DNA of 64,000 bases from Amphiscolops sp. MND2022. Its lineage: Eukaryota. Within the stretch, counting starts at the first letter, position 1, and every line of letters starts with the position of its first letter. The translations under genes were made by a program, and so were the position numbers. The notes beneath the pieces were generated by a model. That model saw nothing but the letters and a program-made list of their open reading frames with translations, did no database searches and had not been told where the DNA came from. Shown here in pieces: positions 26,283-39,826 of the stretch. Location: NCBI GenBank assembly GCA_964187785.1, contig OZ076409.1:77936001-78000000 (forward strand). Reading direction: 5' to 3'.

Positions 26283-29200
26283 TCAATTCAGGCTCATGTT
26301 TGTTTGGGTCTCATGAGAATTGAGCCTGTCAGTTTCAATGATATACTGTTCCAAATTAGGGCATTCCAGAGCGTTTTGTAGAGAGCCTTCTAATCTCCAC
26401 TTCTTTTGTTGTTCAGAGTAAGGTATACAATTGCATGGGTAATGTTCTACAGTTTCTCCATTGAATCCGCACGTATATTTCGGAGATACGGCTTTCCAGA
26501 TTTTGTACAAGAAACCATTTACGCTACAATGACCAAAAATGAGTCGAAAATGTGTATCTCAGGTTCTCTCCAGAAGGATTTACTCATGGTGACGTTATGG
26601 TCTAGAGAAAAAGTAGGAACTTCGCACTGGTAAGTCCACAATTTCTTCCACAGTTCAGTTTCATAGGCATCGATTTCTGACTTTGTGTATGCTAAGGTGT
26701 AAGTAGATAGCTTCTCCTGGGTTATTGATCTAGTTGATCGCAATTTGAGTTTCCAAGCTAGGAAGCGTTTGAGAGTTTCAGTGTCAGCACGGATTTCCGG
26801 TATTTTCTGGTTGTTCTACAAATTGAGATTTCTCAGGTCATCGTCTGTTGTGGGAACTTTTGATACAAACTTTACAATTATTGTTTCCAAATGGCCTTTC
26901 AGTGACTTCAAGTTAGTCATAAGCTCAAGGATTCTTACAGCCGGGTTGTCGAACCCTCTTATTGCGTTGTGCAAGAATGCAATCGGTACTTCGGCAAGTT
27001 TGATCAGGTTTCCACTGTTCCAAGCAGGAAGGAGGTAGAACATTTTGGGCTGTATATCACTTTTGTATATTTCAGGAATAGTACTGCATTTAATGTTCAG
27101 ATTTCAGCTGACAGCATTGTTTCCGTTTCGACCACTCTGCCCAGTGTTTTTTGCGGGCTTTGAAATAGCTTCATTTTCAGCGCCGGTAACAACTCCTATT
27201 GCCGTCAGAGTGTTCCTAACTATTTTCGTGTTTCCGTAAGAGAAGTCTTTCACCGCATTGTATTCCTCTTCTGTGAACTTAATGAGCAGGAACACAATTT
27301 GTCGCCCCATTGATCTTTATATGGTTCTCGAAACACCGTGTTTGAATTTTGTTCATCGCTTGGGTGGCCTTATTTAGGCATTTGGATGGGCAATCAGACT
27401 TTACTAACAGAGTCGTGTCATCTGCAAATTTGTATTGGTAACAAATAGGTTGATCAACAATGTCAACAACAAAAATTGAAATGAGAAAAGGTGATAGGAA
27501 GCTGCCTTGCGGCAGGCCAAGCTCGCAGCTGAAAAGATCTGAAATTAGGGCATCAATTTGAATTTAAACTTTTCGATTAGAGAAATAATCGTAGACAAGA
27601 CCGGCTAGTTTTCCGACAACTCCACCATGGGTGAGTTTGATAGTCAAAAGATATGTGTCGACGCTGTTAAATGCTTTTTCAAGGTCTATCATGATTAGAA
27701 TTGCTGTCCGTTGATTGCATTTTTTTGATAATTATTGGCGAAAAGTTTGTAGAGCATTCGGGAAGAGCCTCTGCGTTTCCGGAACACTTCTTGGGTATCG
27801 CCAAGTACTTTGATCTGTAGCAATATAAAATTGAATCTTTCAGCAATTTTAGATTCAAAGATTTTTCCAACAACGCTGCGTATCGTTATAGAACGAAAGT
27901 TCTTGGCTTCCATGCAGTCTTTTTTACCGGGCTTAAGAAAGAAGATGACTTTCGCTCTCTCCAGACTCAATTTTCTTTATCAAGGAAAATATTAAAGAGC
28001 CGAGTTAGAAGAAGTTGAAAAAACAGTTCCGAATGCTTCAGCAGTTTTGGCTGAAATCCACCCGGGTCAAAGGCTTTGCAGGTTACTTTGACTTCGATGA
28101 TCGCATTTCCAACATTTAGTGATGTTATGGGTTGGTTAGCTGCTATTTCTTTAACTGAGGAAAGTGTCTGAGACAAAAGTTTGCATTTCCTAATTTCATT
28201 TGTGGTTAAATCTTGCTGCTTAAAATCTTCGTTACTGAAGTCTTTACCGGAGAAAAAACAGTCTTTAAAAATATCCAATTTCTCCTCGAGAAAGCTTGCC
28301 AGTTTTCCTCGTGCTTTTTTTAACGCGACCAAACTCGCTATATTTCGATTCACTAGTACACTGTGATACTTTTTCTAGAACAGAGGTCCTGTTGTTTTAT
28401 TCAAACTGTCAAGGTTTTCTTCAATCCATTTGTTAAAAGATTGGTTTAGTTCAGTTTCAAAAAGTAATTTGACACTCTCGTATTTTGTAATGTTTGATTC
28501 ATTGTCCCGTTGTTTTAGACTTAGACGTTTTCTACATTCCCATAACCCTAAGGAAACAGCACTAAGCTTTGGGTTCCGAAACAACTTCGAGTGTGGAGAG
28601 ATAACTTTGGTTTCATTGTCTCCGACAGACTTTGCTTGAATATGCTCTTAATTGTCTTGCAGCATTGAAATGGGTCTTCCATGCTATAGCTGCTTTCTGT
28701 ATAAGGTATACTCAATTCGTCCAACCTTACACGGCATTTTACCCAATCTTGATTTGACAGGTCCCATTTTATTGAACGTTCAACTCGTTTTTGTTGCTAC
28801 CATTTCCTGATGACTGGATAATTTCCCCTCCTAGGGGTTCCTGTGAAGAGTTCAACAGTTGGGTCTACTGTTATATCTATCAGAAGAGGCATGACTTTGG
28901 TGGTTACTATCGCTAGGTCGATTATGCTTCACACAGCTAAACGTTGGGTTTGAAGGGCTTGTAACTGATTGAGTCTGGGAAGCATTCATGAACTCTTGCA
29001 GAGAATTTCCATTTCTGTTCTGAGTGCTGTCATTCCAGAAGTCGTGGCGACAATTAGAAGTTCCCAGGAAAATTAGGCCTGCGACATTGTTGTCTTTGCA
29101 GATTGTTGAGCATGTAGATAGAGTCCTGAGAAACGACTTCAGGGCCTTCTCGTCTTCTGGGGGGATGAAAGCCGTTCTTACAAGGTAGGTTTTATTATTT

Positions 29201-29519
29201 TTTTTCCACGAGCGCAAATATGTTGTCAATATTATCGTTGACTTCGATTATCTGATAATAAATTCTGTCAATAATCTGTCAATCTGTGTCAATGTTCTGA
29301 AACACTTTGAAAATCCCTAATGGAAAGACTCGCACCTTTTCTTCTATAACTACTATACGATTGAAAGTTTTTAAAGCAGTTTGTTTCCAATAAATTGTTG
29401 GTTTCGCATATACTTAAGACGTCTATTTGCTCACTTTCGATGTGCTTCTTTAGGGCTACTTTCGAATGCAGTGAGAGACCATTTATATTCACTAACATTG
29501 GTTTGATTGGCTGACTCAT
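26283..29519 (-). pseudogene. LINE ORF2 (APE, RT, C-terminal zinc-knuckle-like motif), frameshifted
   Basis: VNINGL...DVLSICET (APE start), KAFDPGGF, KPGKKD...NFRSITI, LGLPQGSFLSP (about 27490-27520), QYKFADD (about 27415-27438), GHCSVNGFLYKI...TCGFNGETVEHYPCNC at the C-terminus. Confidence 0.9.
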
Positions 29520-32500
29520 TCATGATTATTAACTTCCGAAAGCCCTCTGGGTCTTTCTATATTCTTCAGTGTGTATAGTTTTGCAAGCGTGGCACGATAG
29601 ACTGAGCAGGCAGTGCTGTAGCTGGCATGCCTTTCGTTACAATTTCCGCATTTGATCTCGTTAGATTCTTCACAGATATCACTAGAGTGACCTTTACTCC
29701 CACATCTGGAACAAGTTCTCTCTTTGTCGCACAGTTTTGCGCTGTGTCCAAAGCGCTGGCAATTGTAGCATCGGATTTTTGGTGGCTTTTTGATGTAAGA
29801 GATCGTCCTGTAATGTTGATTTTAAATGAAATATCTTTCTTTGAGCGCTTTGGTGTAAGAAGTTCCATCATGGAGGCTAATGGCAGCTGTTGTCAGTCGT
29901 GTTTTATCTCTTCCCAAAAAACATTTGAAGACGTCGTCAAGACACTCTGTCATCAACTCCTTTGTCGCATCTGCATCATTAATTTCTACATCAAAATCTG
30001 TCACGACTAACTCGTAGATATCAGTTTTCGGTTTTCGCACTGTGGTTCCTTTCCCGGAACAATTTGAGTTCCATGTTGCGAGTAAATCACTTACAAGATT
30101 CGGATACATTACGATACACATCCCGATAACGAACTAGCAGAATCCTGCTAGTTGGATTTTTGTCCAATCAGAGCGCGAATAATTTTTTTGGAAGTTTTAC
30201 ACTTGTCACACATTACGCGCATTGATAGGACGTTACACTAGTTGACACAGCTTCGTAAATTGATCAGTTTACACCATCGGAAATTACAGTAATTGACTAG
30301 TTTACACCAAACATCGTTTTTACGTACTTTGACTAACTACACTGTGCATCTCATAATTACACAAAGTTCTGGTAATTACGGGTTGTTCTGGTGAGCTACA
30401 CACGCCGACTCATAACTACACTGCTTGATTCGCATACACAGTTTCAATCAGTCAACCTTATTACATTAGTAGTACTATTATTATTAGTGGTAGTAAATAA
30501 ACACTGGCAGTGCTAATGGAAGTGCTCACGACAGGTACCAAAATTACCAAGTTAAATAAATCAATCGCCCATTCAGATTATACGTACATACGTATTTTTC
30601 ACTGTCACTAAGATTTTGTAATCAATTCATTGTTTCATGATTAATTTTGAAAGGATTTTCATCAGTAAAAACCCATTTTTGTATTGATGAAATTTTCAGG
30701 GTTGTTAGGTTGCATTGTTGATGATCCTCACCTTGGAATAGTGACCTACTTTAACTTGTTTGGGGAGACTTGGATAGTAGAATAAAGTGGCCACAAACAA
30801 AATTTTGTAAACGGAAAGTTTACGCTGAATTTGTTTTGATTTTTTGGTCCCGTTTTCTTAATATGGGAGACATAAAGTCCATATAGACATAAAGACATAA
30901 AGACATATAGTCAAACGATATGTGTCGACGCTGTTAAATGCTTTTTCAAGGTCTATCATGATTAGAATTGCTGTCCGTTGATTGCATTTTTTTGATAATT
31001 ATTGGCGAAAAGTTTGTAGAGCATTCGGGAAGAGCCTCTGCGTTTCCGGAACACTTCTTGGGTATCGCCAAGTACTTTGATCTGTAGCAATATAAAATTG
31101 AATCTTTCAGCAATTTTAGATTCAAAGATTTTTCCAACAACGCTGCGTATCGTTATAGAACGAAAGTTCTTGGCTTCCATGTAGTCTTTTTTACCGGGCT
31201 TAAGAAAGAAGATGACTTTCGCTTTCTCCAGACTCAATTTTCTTTATCAAGGAAAATATTAAAGAGCCGAGTTAGAAGAAGTTGAAAAAACAGTTCCGAA
31301 TGCTTCAGCAGTTTTGGCTGAAATCCACCCGGGTCAAAGGCTTTGCAGGTTACTTTGACTTCGATGATCGCATTTCCAACTTTTAGTGATGTTATGGGTT
31401 GGTTAGCTGCTATTTCTTTAACTGAGGAAAGTGTCTGAGACAAAAGTTTGCATTTCCTAATTTCATTTGTGGTTAAATCTTGCTGCTTAAAATCTTCGTT
31501 ACTGAAGTCTTTACCGGAGAAAAAACAGTCTTTAAAAATATCCAATTTCTCCTCGAGAAAGCTTGCCAGTTTTCCTCGTGCTTTTTTTAACGCGACCAAA
31601 CTCGCTATATTTCGATTCACTAGTACACTGTGATACTTTTTCTAGAACAGAGGTCCTGTTGTTTTATTCAAACTGTCAAGGTTTTCTTCAATCCATTTGT
31701 TAAAAGATTGGTTTAGTTCAGTTTCAAAAAGTAATTTGACACTCTCGTATTTTGTAATGTTTGATTCATTGTCCCGTTGTTTTAGACTTAGACGTTTTCT
31801 ACATTCCCATAACCCTAAGGAAACAGCACTAAGCTTTGGGTTCCGAAACAACTTCGAGTGTGGAGAGATAACTTTGGTTTCATTGTCTCCGACAGACTTT
31901 GCTTGAATATGCTCTTAATTGTCTTGCAGCATTGAAATGGGTCTTCCATGCTATAGCTGCTTTCTGTATAAGGTATACTCAATTCGTCCAACCTTACACG
32001 GCATTTTACCCAATCTTGATTTGACAGGTCCCATTTTATTGAACGTTCAACTCGTTTTTGTTGCTACCATTTCCTGATGACTGGATAATTTCCCCTCCTA
32101 GGGGTTCCTGTGAAGAGTTCAACAGTTGGGTCTACTGTTATATCTATCAGAAGAGGCATGACTTTGGTGGTTACTATCGCTAGGTCGATTATGCTTCACA
32201 CAGCTAAACGTTGGGTTTGAAGGGCTTGTAACTGATTGAGTCTGGGAAGCATTCATGAACTCTTGCAGAGAATTTCCATTTCTGTTCTGAGTGCTGTCAT
32301 TCCAGAAGTCGTGGCGACAATTAGAAGTTCCCAGGAAAATTAGGCCTGCGACATTGTTGTCTTTGCAGATTGTTGAGCATGTAGATAGAGTCCTGAGAAA
32401 CGACTTCAGGGCCTTCTCGTCTTCTGGGGGGATGAAAGCCGTTCTTACAAGGTAGGTTTTATTATTTTTTTCCACGAGCGCAAATATGTTGTCAATATTA

Positions 32501-34144
32501 TCGTTGACTTCGATTATCTGATAATAAATTCTGTCAATAATCTGTCAATCTGTGTCAATGTTCTGAAAAACTTTGAAAATCCCTAATGGAAAGACTCGCA
32601 CCTTTTCTTCTATAACTACTATACGATTGAAAGTTTTTAAAGCAGTTTGTTTCCAATAAATTGTTGGTTTCGCATATACTTAAGACGTCTATTTGCTCAC
32701 TTTCGATGTGCTTCTTTAGGGCTACTTTCGAATGCAGTGAGAGACCATTTATATTCACTAACATTGGTTTAATTGGCTGACTCATTCATGATTATTAACT
32801 TCCGAAAGCCCTCTGGGTCTTTCTATATTCTTCAGTGTGTATAGTTTTACAAGCGTGGCACGATAGACTGAGCAGGCAGTGCTGTAGCTGGCATGCCTTT
32901 CGTTACAATTTCCGCATTTGATCTCGTTAGATTCTTCACAGATATCACTAGAGTGACCTTTACTCCCACATCTGGAACAAGTTCTCTCTTTGTCGCACAG
33001 TTTTGCGCTGTGTCCAAAGCGCTGGCAATTGTAGCATCGGATTTTTGGTGGCTTTTTGATGTAAGAGATCGTCCTGTAATGTTGATTTTAAATGAAATAT
33101 CTTTCTTTGAGCGCTTTGGTGTAAGAAGTTCCATCATGGAGGCTAATGGCAGCTGTTGTCAGTCGTGTTTTATCTCTTCCCAAAAAACATTTGAAGACGT
33201 CGTCAAGACACTCTGTCATCAACTCCTTTGTCGCATCTGCATCATTAATTTCTACATCAAAATCTGTCACGACTAACTCGTAGATATCAGTTTTCGGTTT
33301 TCGCACTGTGGTTCCTTTCCCGGAACAATTTGAGTTCCATGTTGCGAGTAAATCACTTACAAGATTCGGATACATTACGATACACATCCCGATAACGAAC
33401 TAGCAGAATCCTGCTAGTTGGATTTTTGTCCAATCAGAGCGCGAATAATTTTTTTTCACTTTTACACTTGTCACACATTACGCGCATTGATAGGACGTTA
33501 CACTAGTTGACACAGCTTCGTAAATTGATCAGTTTACACCATCGGAAATTACAGTAATTGACTAGTTTACACCAAACATCGTTTTTACGTACTTTGACTA
33601 ACTACACTGTGCATCTCATAATTACACAAAGTTCTGGTAATTATGGGTTGTTCTGGTGAGCTACACACGCCGACTCATAACTACACTGCTTGATTCGCAT
33701 ACACAGTTTCAATCAGTCAATCTTATTACATTAGTAGTACTATTATTATTAGTGGTAGTAAATAAACACTGGCAGTGCTAATGGAAGTGCTCACGACAGG
33801 TACCAAAATTACCAAGTTAAATAAATCAATCGCCCATTCAGATTATACGTACATACGTATTTTTCACTGTCACTAAGATTTTGTAATCAATTCATTGTTT
33901 CATGATTAATTTTGAAATGATTTTCATCAGTAAAAACCCATTTTTGTATTGATGAAATTTTCAGGGTTGTTAGGTTGCATTGTTGATGATCCTCACCTTG
34001 GAATAGTGACCTACTTTAACTTGTTTGGGGAGACTTGGATAGTAGAATAAAGTGGCCACAAACAAAATTTTGAAAACGGAAAGTTTACGCTGAATTTGTT
34101 TTGATTTTTTGGTCCCGTTTTCTTGATATGGGAGACATAAAGTC
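27640..34144. repeat. 3.27-kb near-identical tandem duplication (27640-30879 and 30907-34144)
   Basis: Paired ORFs offset by 3266-3267 bp with near-identical translations; junction filler 30880-30906. Confidence 0.95.
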
Positions 34145-36648
34145 AATATTCCGTGGAAAGGTGTGCAATGTTATGTGATTTCGTCTAAAAATCATCAAGA
34201 ATTTCCTTCACCATACAGTCAGCTGGTGCCTTCACAAGTTTGCGGAAACTAACTGGTACGTTTTCGACCCTATCGTACATTTAGGGTTGATATTGCCTAA
34301 AGTCAAAAAGAAGCTGAGTGTTAACTTTTAAAATTTTGGTTCATTTCAAAACAAAAAAATTACCCCTGTAGTTGCTTAGGGAGGGGTAGAGAAAGAAAAT
34401 GAACGAAATCATCTTAACAAATGTCAAGAATTTTAAATAGAGTAGCATCGTTCTGTGCATGGTATTTTTCAAGGAATTGGGGACATTGATCTCTGTAACT
34501 GTTGGTTGCACGTGTGTACAAAATCTCACGTTTTCCTTCTAAACTCTCAATTTCATTTCCCAAACAGATTTTAGTGGTTTTTTAGGTCTATAACTTCCAC
34601 CAAAATGAAGGACCTTACTCTGTGATAGACTTCCTGCGACAATGGACAGAATTTAGTCATTTCAGCTTTTTTGTCAACATAACAACAAGAACTTGGCGCG
34701 AGTTGTAAAAATAAGGCTCATTCAGGTTTTAGATAAAAAGTAAAGTCGATTTTTGAAGAGTCGTCAAGAAGTTGTCGAAAAAAGGTGACACGAAAAATAT
34801 CAAAACGTTCGTCAGAAGAAATCATTCTTACTTGATTTCATTCTTTCAAGACCCTCAGCTTCTATTTGAAGACTTTGAAATCACGCTTCTTGAAGCGCAT
34901 CCCAATCACAAATTATTTTCGAACATTTGTGAAGTAGATTTGCATTACTAGCTACCCAAACCCAAAATCTAAAACTAACTCAACTGAACAAATCTTGAAT
35001 CAAAGATTTTTCATTTCACGAAAAAACAAATTAAGTCAGAGCAAATTAGTATTGTTTTCAAATATGAAACATTGCAGACAAGTATTCAAATTTCAATGCA
35101 TAAGCGAATTTCCAAACCGTCAAATCTATTGCACTATTTCAATTGCTCCCTGTATACTTTCACACAAAAATCATGAAAAAGCGATTATACCAGTATTTGT
35201 GAGAACTTCCATCCTAACTTTGTTCTAAAAAGAATTGTAAATTGAACTAAAAAATAGTTTTGCTTGCGTGCACTTGGGAACACTATATCTCAATTTCCAG
35301 AAAACAATTGACAGAGAGAAAAATTTGTGACGAGAAAGTTTCTGAATTTGTTGTGAAAGAATTCAAACAATTTCGTCACACTAGATAGGAAAATGGCTGA
35401 TAAGCTTCGAAATTGGGCATTTAGTTGCGATAGATTTTTTCAGAAAAAAATTGCATACCAAATTCAATGTTATATTCTCAAGCATTTTCAATTGGCTTTC
35501 TACCAGATTATACGTACTTACAAATTTTGCACTGTCACTACGATTTTGTAATTAGATTGTTTCATGATTAATTATTGAAACGAATTTTATCAGTAAAAAC
35601 CCAATTTTGTATTCGGGGCAAAAAATTTTCAGGTTTGTTAGGTTGTATTGTTGATGATGCTCACCTTGGAATAGTGACCTACTTTCATTTGTTTGGGGAG
35701 ACTTGAATAGAAGGGGGGTGTTGTTGGATAAGAAACAGTATTTATCTGAGGGGAGATAAGGCACATGGTCCAAACATCGTTTTCAGTTCAATATTTCATG
35801 ATTGGTATTCCAGAAACTATTGTTTTTGGTTTGATAAAGTTTCAACTTGGTATAGACTATTTGTTACAACTTTTCTCGATGTTGCTCACGACAGGGGTCA
35901 AAACTGATCCTTGTCAATACCCTGGCTTAAAATACCCAGACCAGAACAACAAGTTGATCAATTCGTTAACCAATCATTCCGGTGACCGTGCTTTGCTCAC
36001 GACAGGGACCAAAATTAAAATTAGTTGAGCAATTATTGATGAGGGCTGATTTGAAAATATATTTTCTTAAAATAGGAAACCCGGTTACAGATTAATCAAT
36101 TGTTATAATTGTACTAATTAGTAGCTATAAGGTATTTTATTTGCACGTATATGCGTAGATGAAATACTTATATACACGTGCGCAACTTGCATTCAATGCA
36201 GTTCATAGGTACTATGCACGGTAGACTTAGTAATGATAAATAATTATTTATTGAATCATTGTTTACTTTGACTGTTTTACGATGTGGTGGTATGAATTGG
36301 ATATAAAATGAACACTGAGTTTTGAATGCATATAAACAAGGTGTAAGTTAGTCAAAACTTTGACCACATTCAATTTTTTGCTAATTGCAGATCGCTTTAC
36401 TAGCAAAAAGTTGAAGTTAGTCAAAGTTTTGACTGAATTACGAAAAAGTGTACTTTTGGACTAACTTCCACTTTTCACAAACTACGTGCCTTGACTAGTT
36501 TACAGTATTTTCCATTACGCGCGTTGGCACAGCTACACCGTTCAGGCATAGACCGTCTTGACTAACTTACGCTGAATGACCATTTTACGGATTACATAGA
36601 ATACGCTGCGTGACTGAATTCCATTTTACCGGGATGTGTATCGTAATG
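33373..36648. mobile_element. 3.3-kb TIR DNA transposon (CATTACG...CGTAATG ends, TA TSD) inserted in LINE ORF1; left end duplicated at 30107-30879
   Basis: atacattacgatacacatccc (33370-33390) is the exact reverse complement of 36631-36651. TA lies on both sides. Subterminal ttacac/ctacac/ttgact motifs recur. Flanks continue LINE ORF1 (VTGNVFL / YPNLVSDLL). Confidence 0.85.
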
Positions 36649-38639
36649 TATTTAAAAAAACGTTTCCAGTTACAAGTGCTAAGGCATGTTCGACTTTGAT
36701 GCGGGGATAGAATCTTGATATCTCGCGTTCAAAATCTGAGCTCGATTTGACAGTGTCCTTTCTGTCGACATTTTCGACAATTAGAATATTGGCTAGATCA
36801 GTGTTGGGTTGGGGTCTGCATGATGTGGCGTTCTTGGATTCTTGAAGTGGGCGTTGACCGCATTGTTCAGCTGTGATGTTTGCATATGAGGAAGTAATAC
36901 TGGTTGTATTAAATTCTACAGCTTTGGGTATTGGTTTTACAGTGGTGTTGATTTCATTTTTGTCATTGCTCAGCTTTTGTATATCTTCTTTCATGTCTTG
37001 TTCATGTTTTATAGTTTTCATGTTTCCAGTTAAACATCGCTTCAGTTGAGTCAAATCTTTTATGTCTGCTGTGTTTCTGCTACTGTTTTTTGTTCGGATC
37101 ACATTCGTGCTTAAGATTATGAACTCTTTATTTGAGGAGTGTCGAAATTTTTTCTTGGCATTTTGAGCAACACCAAAGTGAGTTTTTAACTTCATGAAGT
37201 GAATTGTCATGACTAAATCGTCTCATGTTTTTCTGCTTGAGATTCCTTCTTGTATTTGCCTGTATTTCCTATTGTTTTTGCAAGTACTGGTAGAGCTGGT
37301 CAGTCAACAATCTATGTAATGAATCGACCTGCAGCTGTGTGAAAAAATAAGGTACACATTCTTACATCATCACCTACATCAGATGCAAAATTAGTTTTGC
37401 CCATCTTAGGATTACATTCTCTGAATACGTGGATCGAGATTTATGAGAGTTAATGTTCCCGTTTTCGATTTATCAATTATTTCTTTTGTTGAAGAGAGTA
37501 GTCTGTCATAGCTTTTTGGTATTTCCTCTTATTATTAACCACATGTATTTCTTCCTATAATTCATAATAAAATCTTAGTGATTTTTCACTATGGTGTTGA
37601 CTCAGCCTGGTTAAATTGTATCCGTGGTTCTTTCGGCCACGTCAACCTATAAAATCTTGTTACCATCCAGTGGAGGCACTGGTTGCAATTTACCAGAGTG
37701 CTCCTTTTACCGCTTATGAAAGATGTAGTAACGAGTCCTGTTTACTTTAACGATTTTCTTGATGTAAAATTTTCCAAAAGTTCTTTCTTTCAGCTTTCTT
37801 TACTTATTTCATAACTACTCACCCCAACTACAGGTGCACACAGTACCAATTTGTCTATTTTGTCTGTTCTTCCTGCTAACAGTTTTGGTTCCTCCGGAAT
37901 AAACGGAGATGTTGCTATTAAAGTTTCGTTTAAAAAGGTAAGACTTCTAACAAGTGAACAAATAGATTGGTGGAGTCATGAATTGTAGTGATGACTCTAA
38001 ACCCCTTCAAATTCTCATCGTTAGTGCTTGGCTACGTCTATTTTGGCTGCAAAATGTGAGAAAACATCGAAAAAAGGATCTTTTATGCTTTTGGAAAATT
38101 CTCACTTTTTCGAATTTTTGAAGAAATTTTGTAACTCTTTTTAGAGAAAAATTCAAAATTTTTTCTTCTTTCCATCCACTTAGTTAATTTTTAGTTTTGG
38201 TCATCAGTACCCTCAGGCACATCGAGTCCGTTAAGTATTTCGGAAATCATGAACAAAATTGTCAAAAAATGACCAGTTTTGCATCATTTTTTCATTCATA
38301 TCTTTTGTTTTATTGGGACTTGACCAATATTTTTACACACCAAATATCTAACTTCAGTTGTACCTCACACACAAAGGTTCACTTCTGTGCCCCCCAACCG
38401 GTGACTAGTAAGGGCAAAAAAAAATAAAAAACAGGGTGATTTTGGCAAACATTTGCTCATAACTTCCAACACAGGCACTTGATGAAAAAGTTCTGATTGG
38501 AAAAAGTTCTTCGAATTTGATTCTCTTCCAGCATGCCGACGTTGAAGCAAATCGTATAGGTGGAGCCGAGATCGCTGTTTTTACAACCTGCCACTCGGGA
38601 ACACTATTCTGGAATAATATCCAAAATTTTTCCAGTGGA

Positions 38640-38832
38640 AAGTGTGCCTCGGTTATGTCCCTATTTCGTCTAGTGCCCCAAGGCGCCTTGGGGCCGCTTA
38701 TGTTCCCATCTTGCTAAGCGAGGTCGAACAGGAGCAACAACCTAGGGTGAACGGAGATCGCGAAGCGATCGTAGTGGGAGCTTGTCTTTGCGACGGTGAG
38801 GGCCAGCGTACACCGGATATGCCCCAGCATTA
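38640..38832 (-). repeat. Dispersed repeat core B (inverted)
   Basis: gtgcctcggttatgtccc...cccatcttgctaagcgaggtcgaacaggagca...gatcgcgaagcgatcgtagtgggagc is the reverse complement of 60885-61077. Confidence 0.9.
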
Positions 38833-39077
38833 GATGGCGAAAGTACTGAATATTTTGAGACATTTACGAAAGGTAATATGTTTTCTTGAATAAAGTGTTT
38901 TGAGATCAGACTATTTTAAAAAATCAATGCGAGGAAAAAGAAAATAATAGAAAATTTGTTATTTTTTGGTTTTTTGTGTTGATTGCCTCAATTAAACCTG
39001 GCTTCACGCGTTTTTTCATGAAAAAACGACTTTTAGGTCTTATTCAATACTTTATGCCTAAAATAAGGCTCTTTATG

Positions 39078-39340
39078 CAACCAGGGAACAACCGCCAACG
39101 AGGCTGAAGCGCGCAAAATTGAGAAGTTGCGCGAATTAATAGACAATGAATACATTTTTCATCCGGTGGCCTTGGAAGTAAAGGGTTCTTCAGGCGAGAA
39201 CAGTGAAATTTTCATCACGCGCCTCTTTAAAATGGCAGCTTTTTGAAGCAAAAGATTTCAATGGCTTTTCAGATCGGCAATGCGCCCTGTGTTCTAGTAT
39301 CTGCGAGCGACAGAGATGCGTTCGAAGAAATTTATATCAA
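39078..39340 (+). mobile_element. 3'-end fragment of a CRE-like RLE LINE
   Basis: Reads PGTTANEAEARKIEKLRELIDNEYIFHPVALEVKGSSG...FLKQKISMAFQIGNAPCVL...RDAFEEIY, the usual C-terminal RLE tail (AE.RK..K, F.P.A.E..G, Q.ISxAxQxGNA). Confidence 0.8.
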
Positions 39341-39605
39341 ATAGTTTATTTTTTTAAGTCTCTATATCATTGCAGCTTCAAAAAAAGTTCTACAGGTCGA
39401 CTGGGATAGTGGTGTCGGGTCACAAGTCCGAAAGAACGAAAGGTAAATATTCTCGTCCAATGAATTATCAGAAATTCAAGCGTCGTTCGAATTTACCACA
39501 CATAATTCTCTGCAATCTGATTGGCTGACGGAGTCGATCCGGAACGAAGTCCGTTCAAAGATGAAAAAATGAATTTTTCAAATTCCCCTTGTCAGCTAAG
39601 TTCAC

Positions 39606-39728
39606 ATACTCCCAGTGCCCTAAATGTAGGGGCGAAGAGAAGCGGAGCGACGTGCCGTATGGCTATTCCTCAATGTTGCTACTTGGAGAAGGGAGCGAAG
39701 CGACCGAGCCATACAACAAACATGCTAA
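39606..39728 (-). repeat. Dispersed repeat core C
   Basis: Reverse complement of 61631-61805 (tagcatatttgttgtatggctcggtcgcttcgctcccttc...catttaggg). Confidence 0.8.
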
Positions 39729-39736
39729 GAATTTCG

Positions 39737-39826
39737 CGGACTTGTGCAACCCAAATTTATTCTCGGACTCGTGCAACCGAAATTTATTTCCGGACTAGTG
39801 CAACCCAAAATAAATTTCGGACTTGC
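39737..39826. repeat. 27-bp tandem repeat, ~3.3 units
   Basis: cggact at 39737, 39764, 39791, 39818; unit approximately cggacttgtgcaacccaaatttattct. Confidence 0.9.

Larger units (their letters stand above)
26231..37950 (-). mobile_element. Near full-length APE-RT LINE (I/Jockey-group-like), interrupted by a TIR element and internally duplicated
   Basis: ORF1 pieces 36626-37210 and 32847-33387 / 29566-30121; ORF2 pieces from 29519 to 26283. 5' boundary approximate. Confidence 0.85.

Noticed and set aside
26283..27310. Cluster of short orphan minus-strand ORFs, possible viral-like genes
   Set aside because: They continue LINE ORF2 after the FADD motif and end in the LINE zinc-knuckle-like motif.
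39737..39826. Regularly spaced repeats as a CRISPR-like array (also 25229-25320, 61660-61780)
   Set aside because: Units are contiguous without unique spacers, the context is eukaryotic TE DNA, and no cas genes are present.
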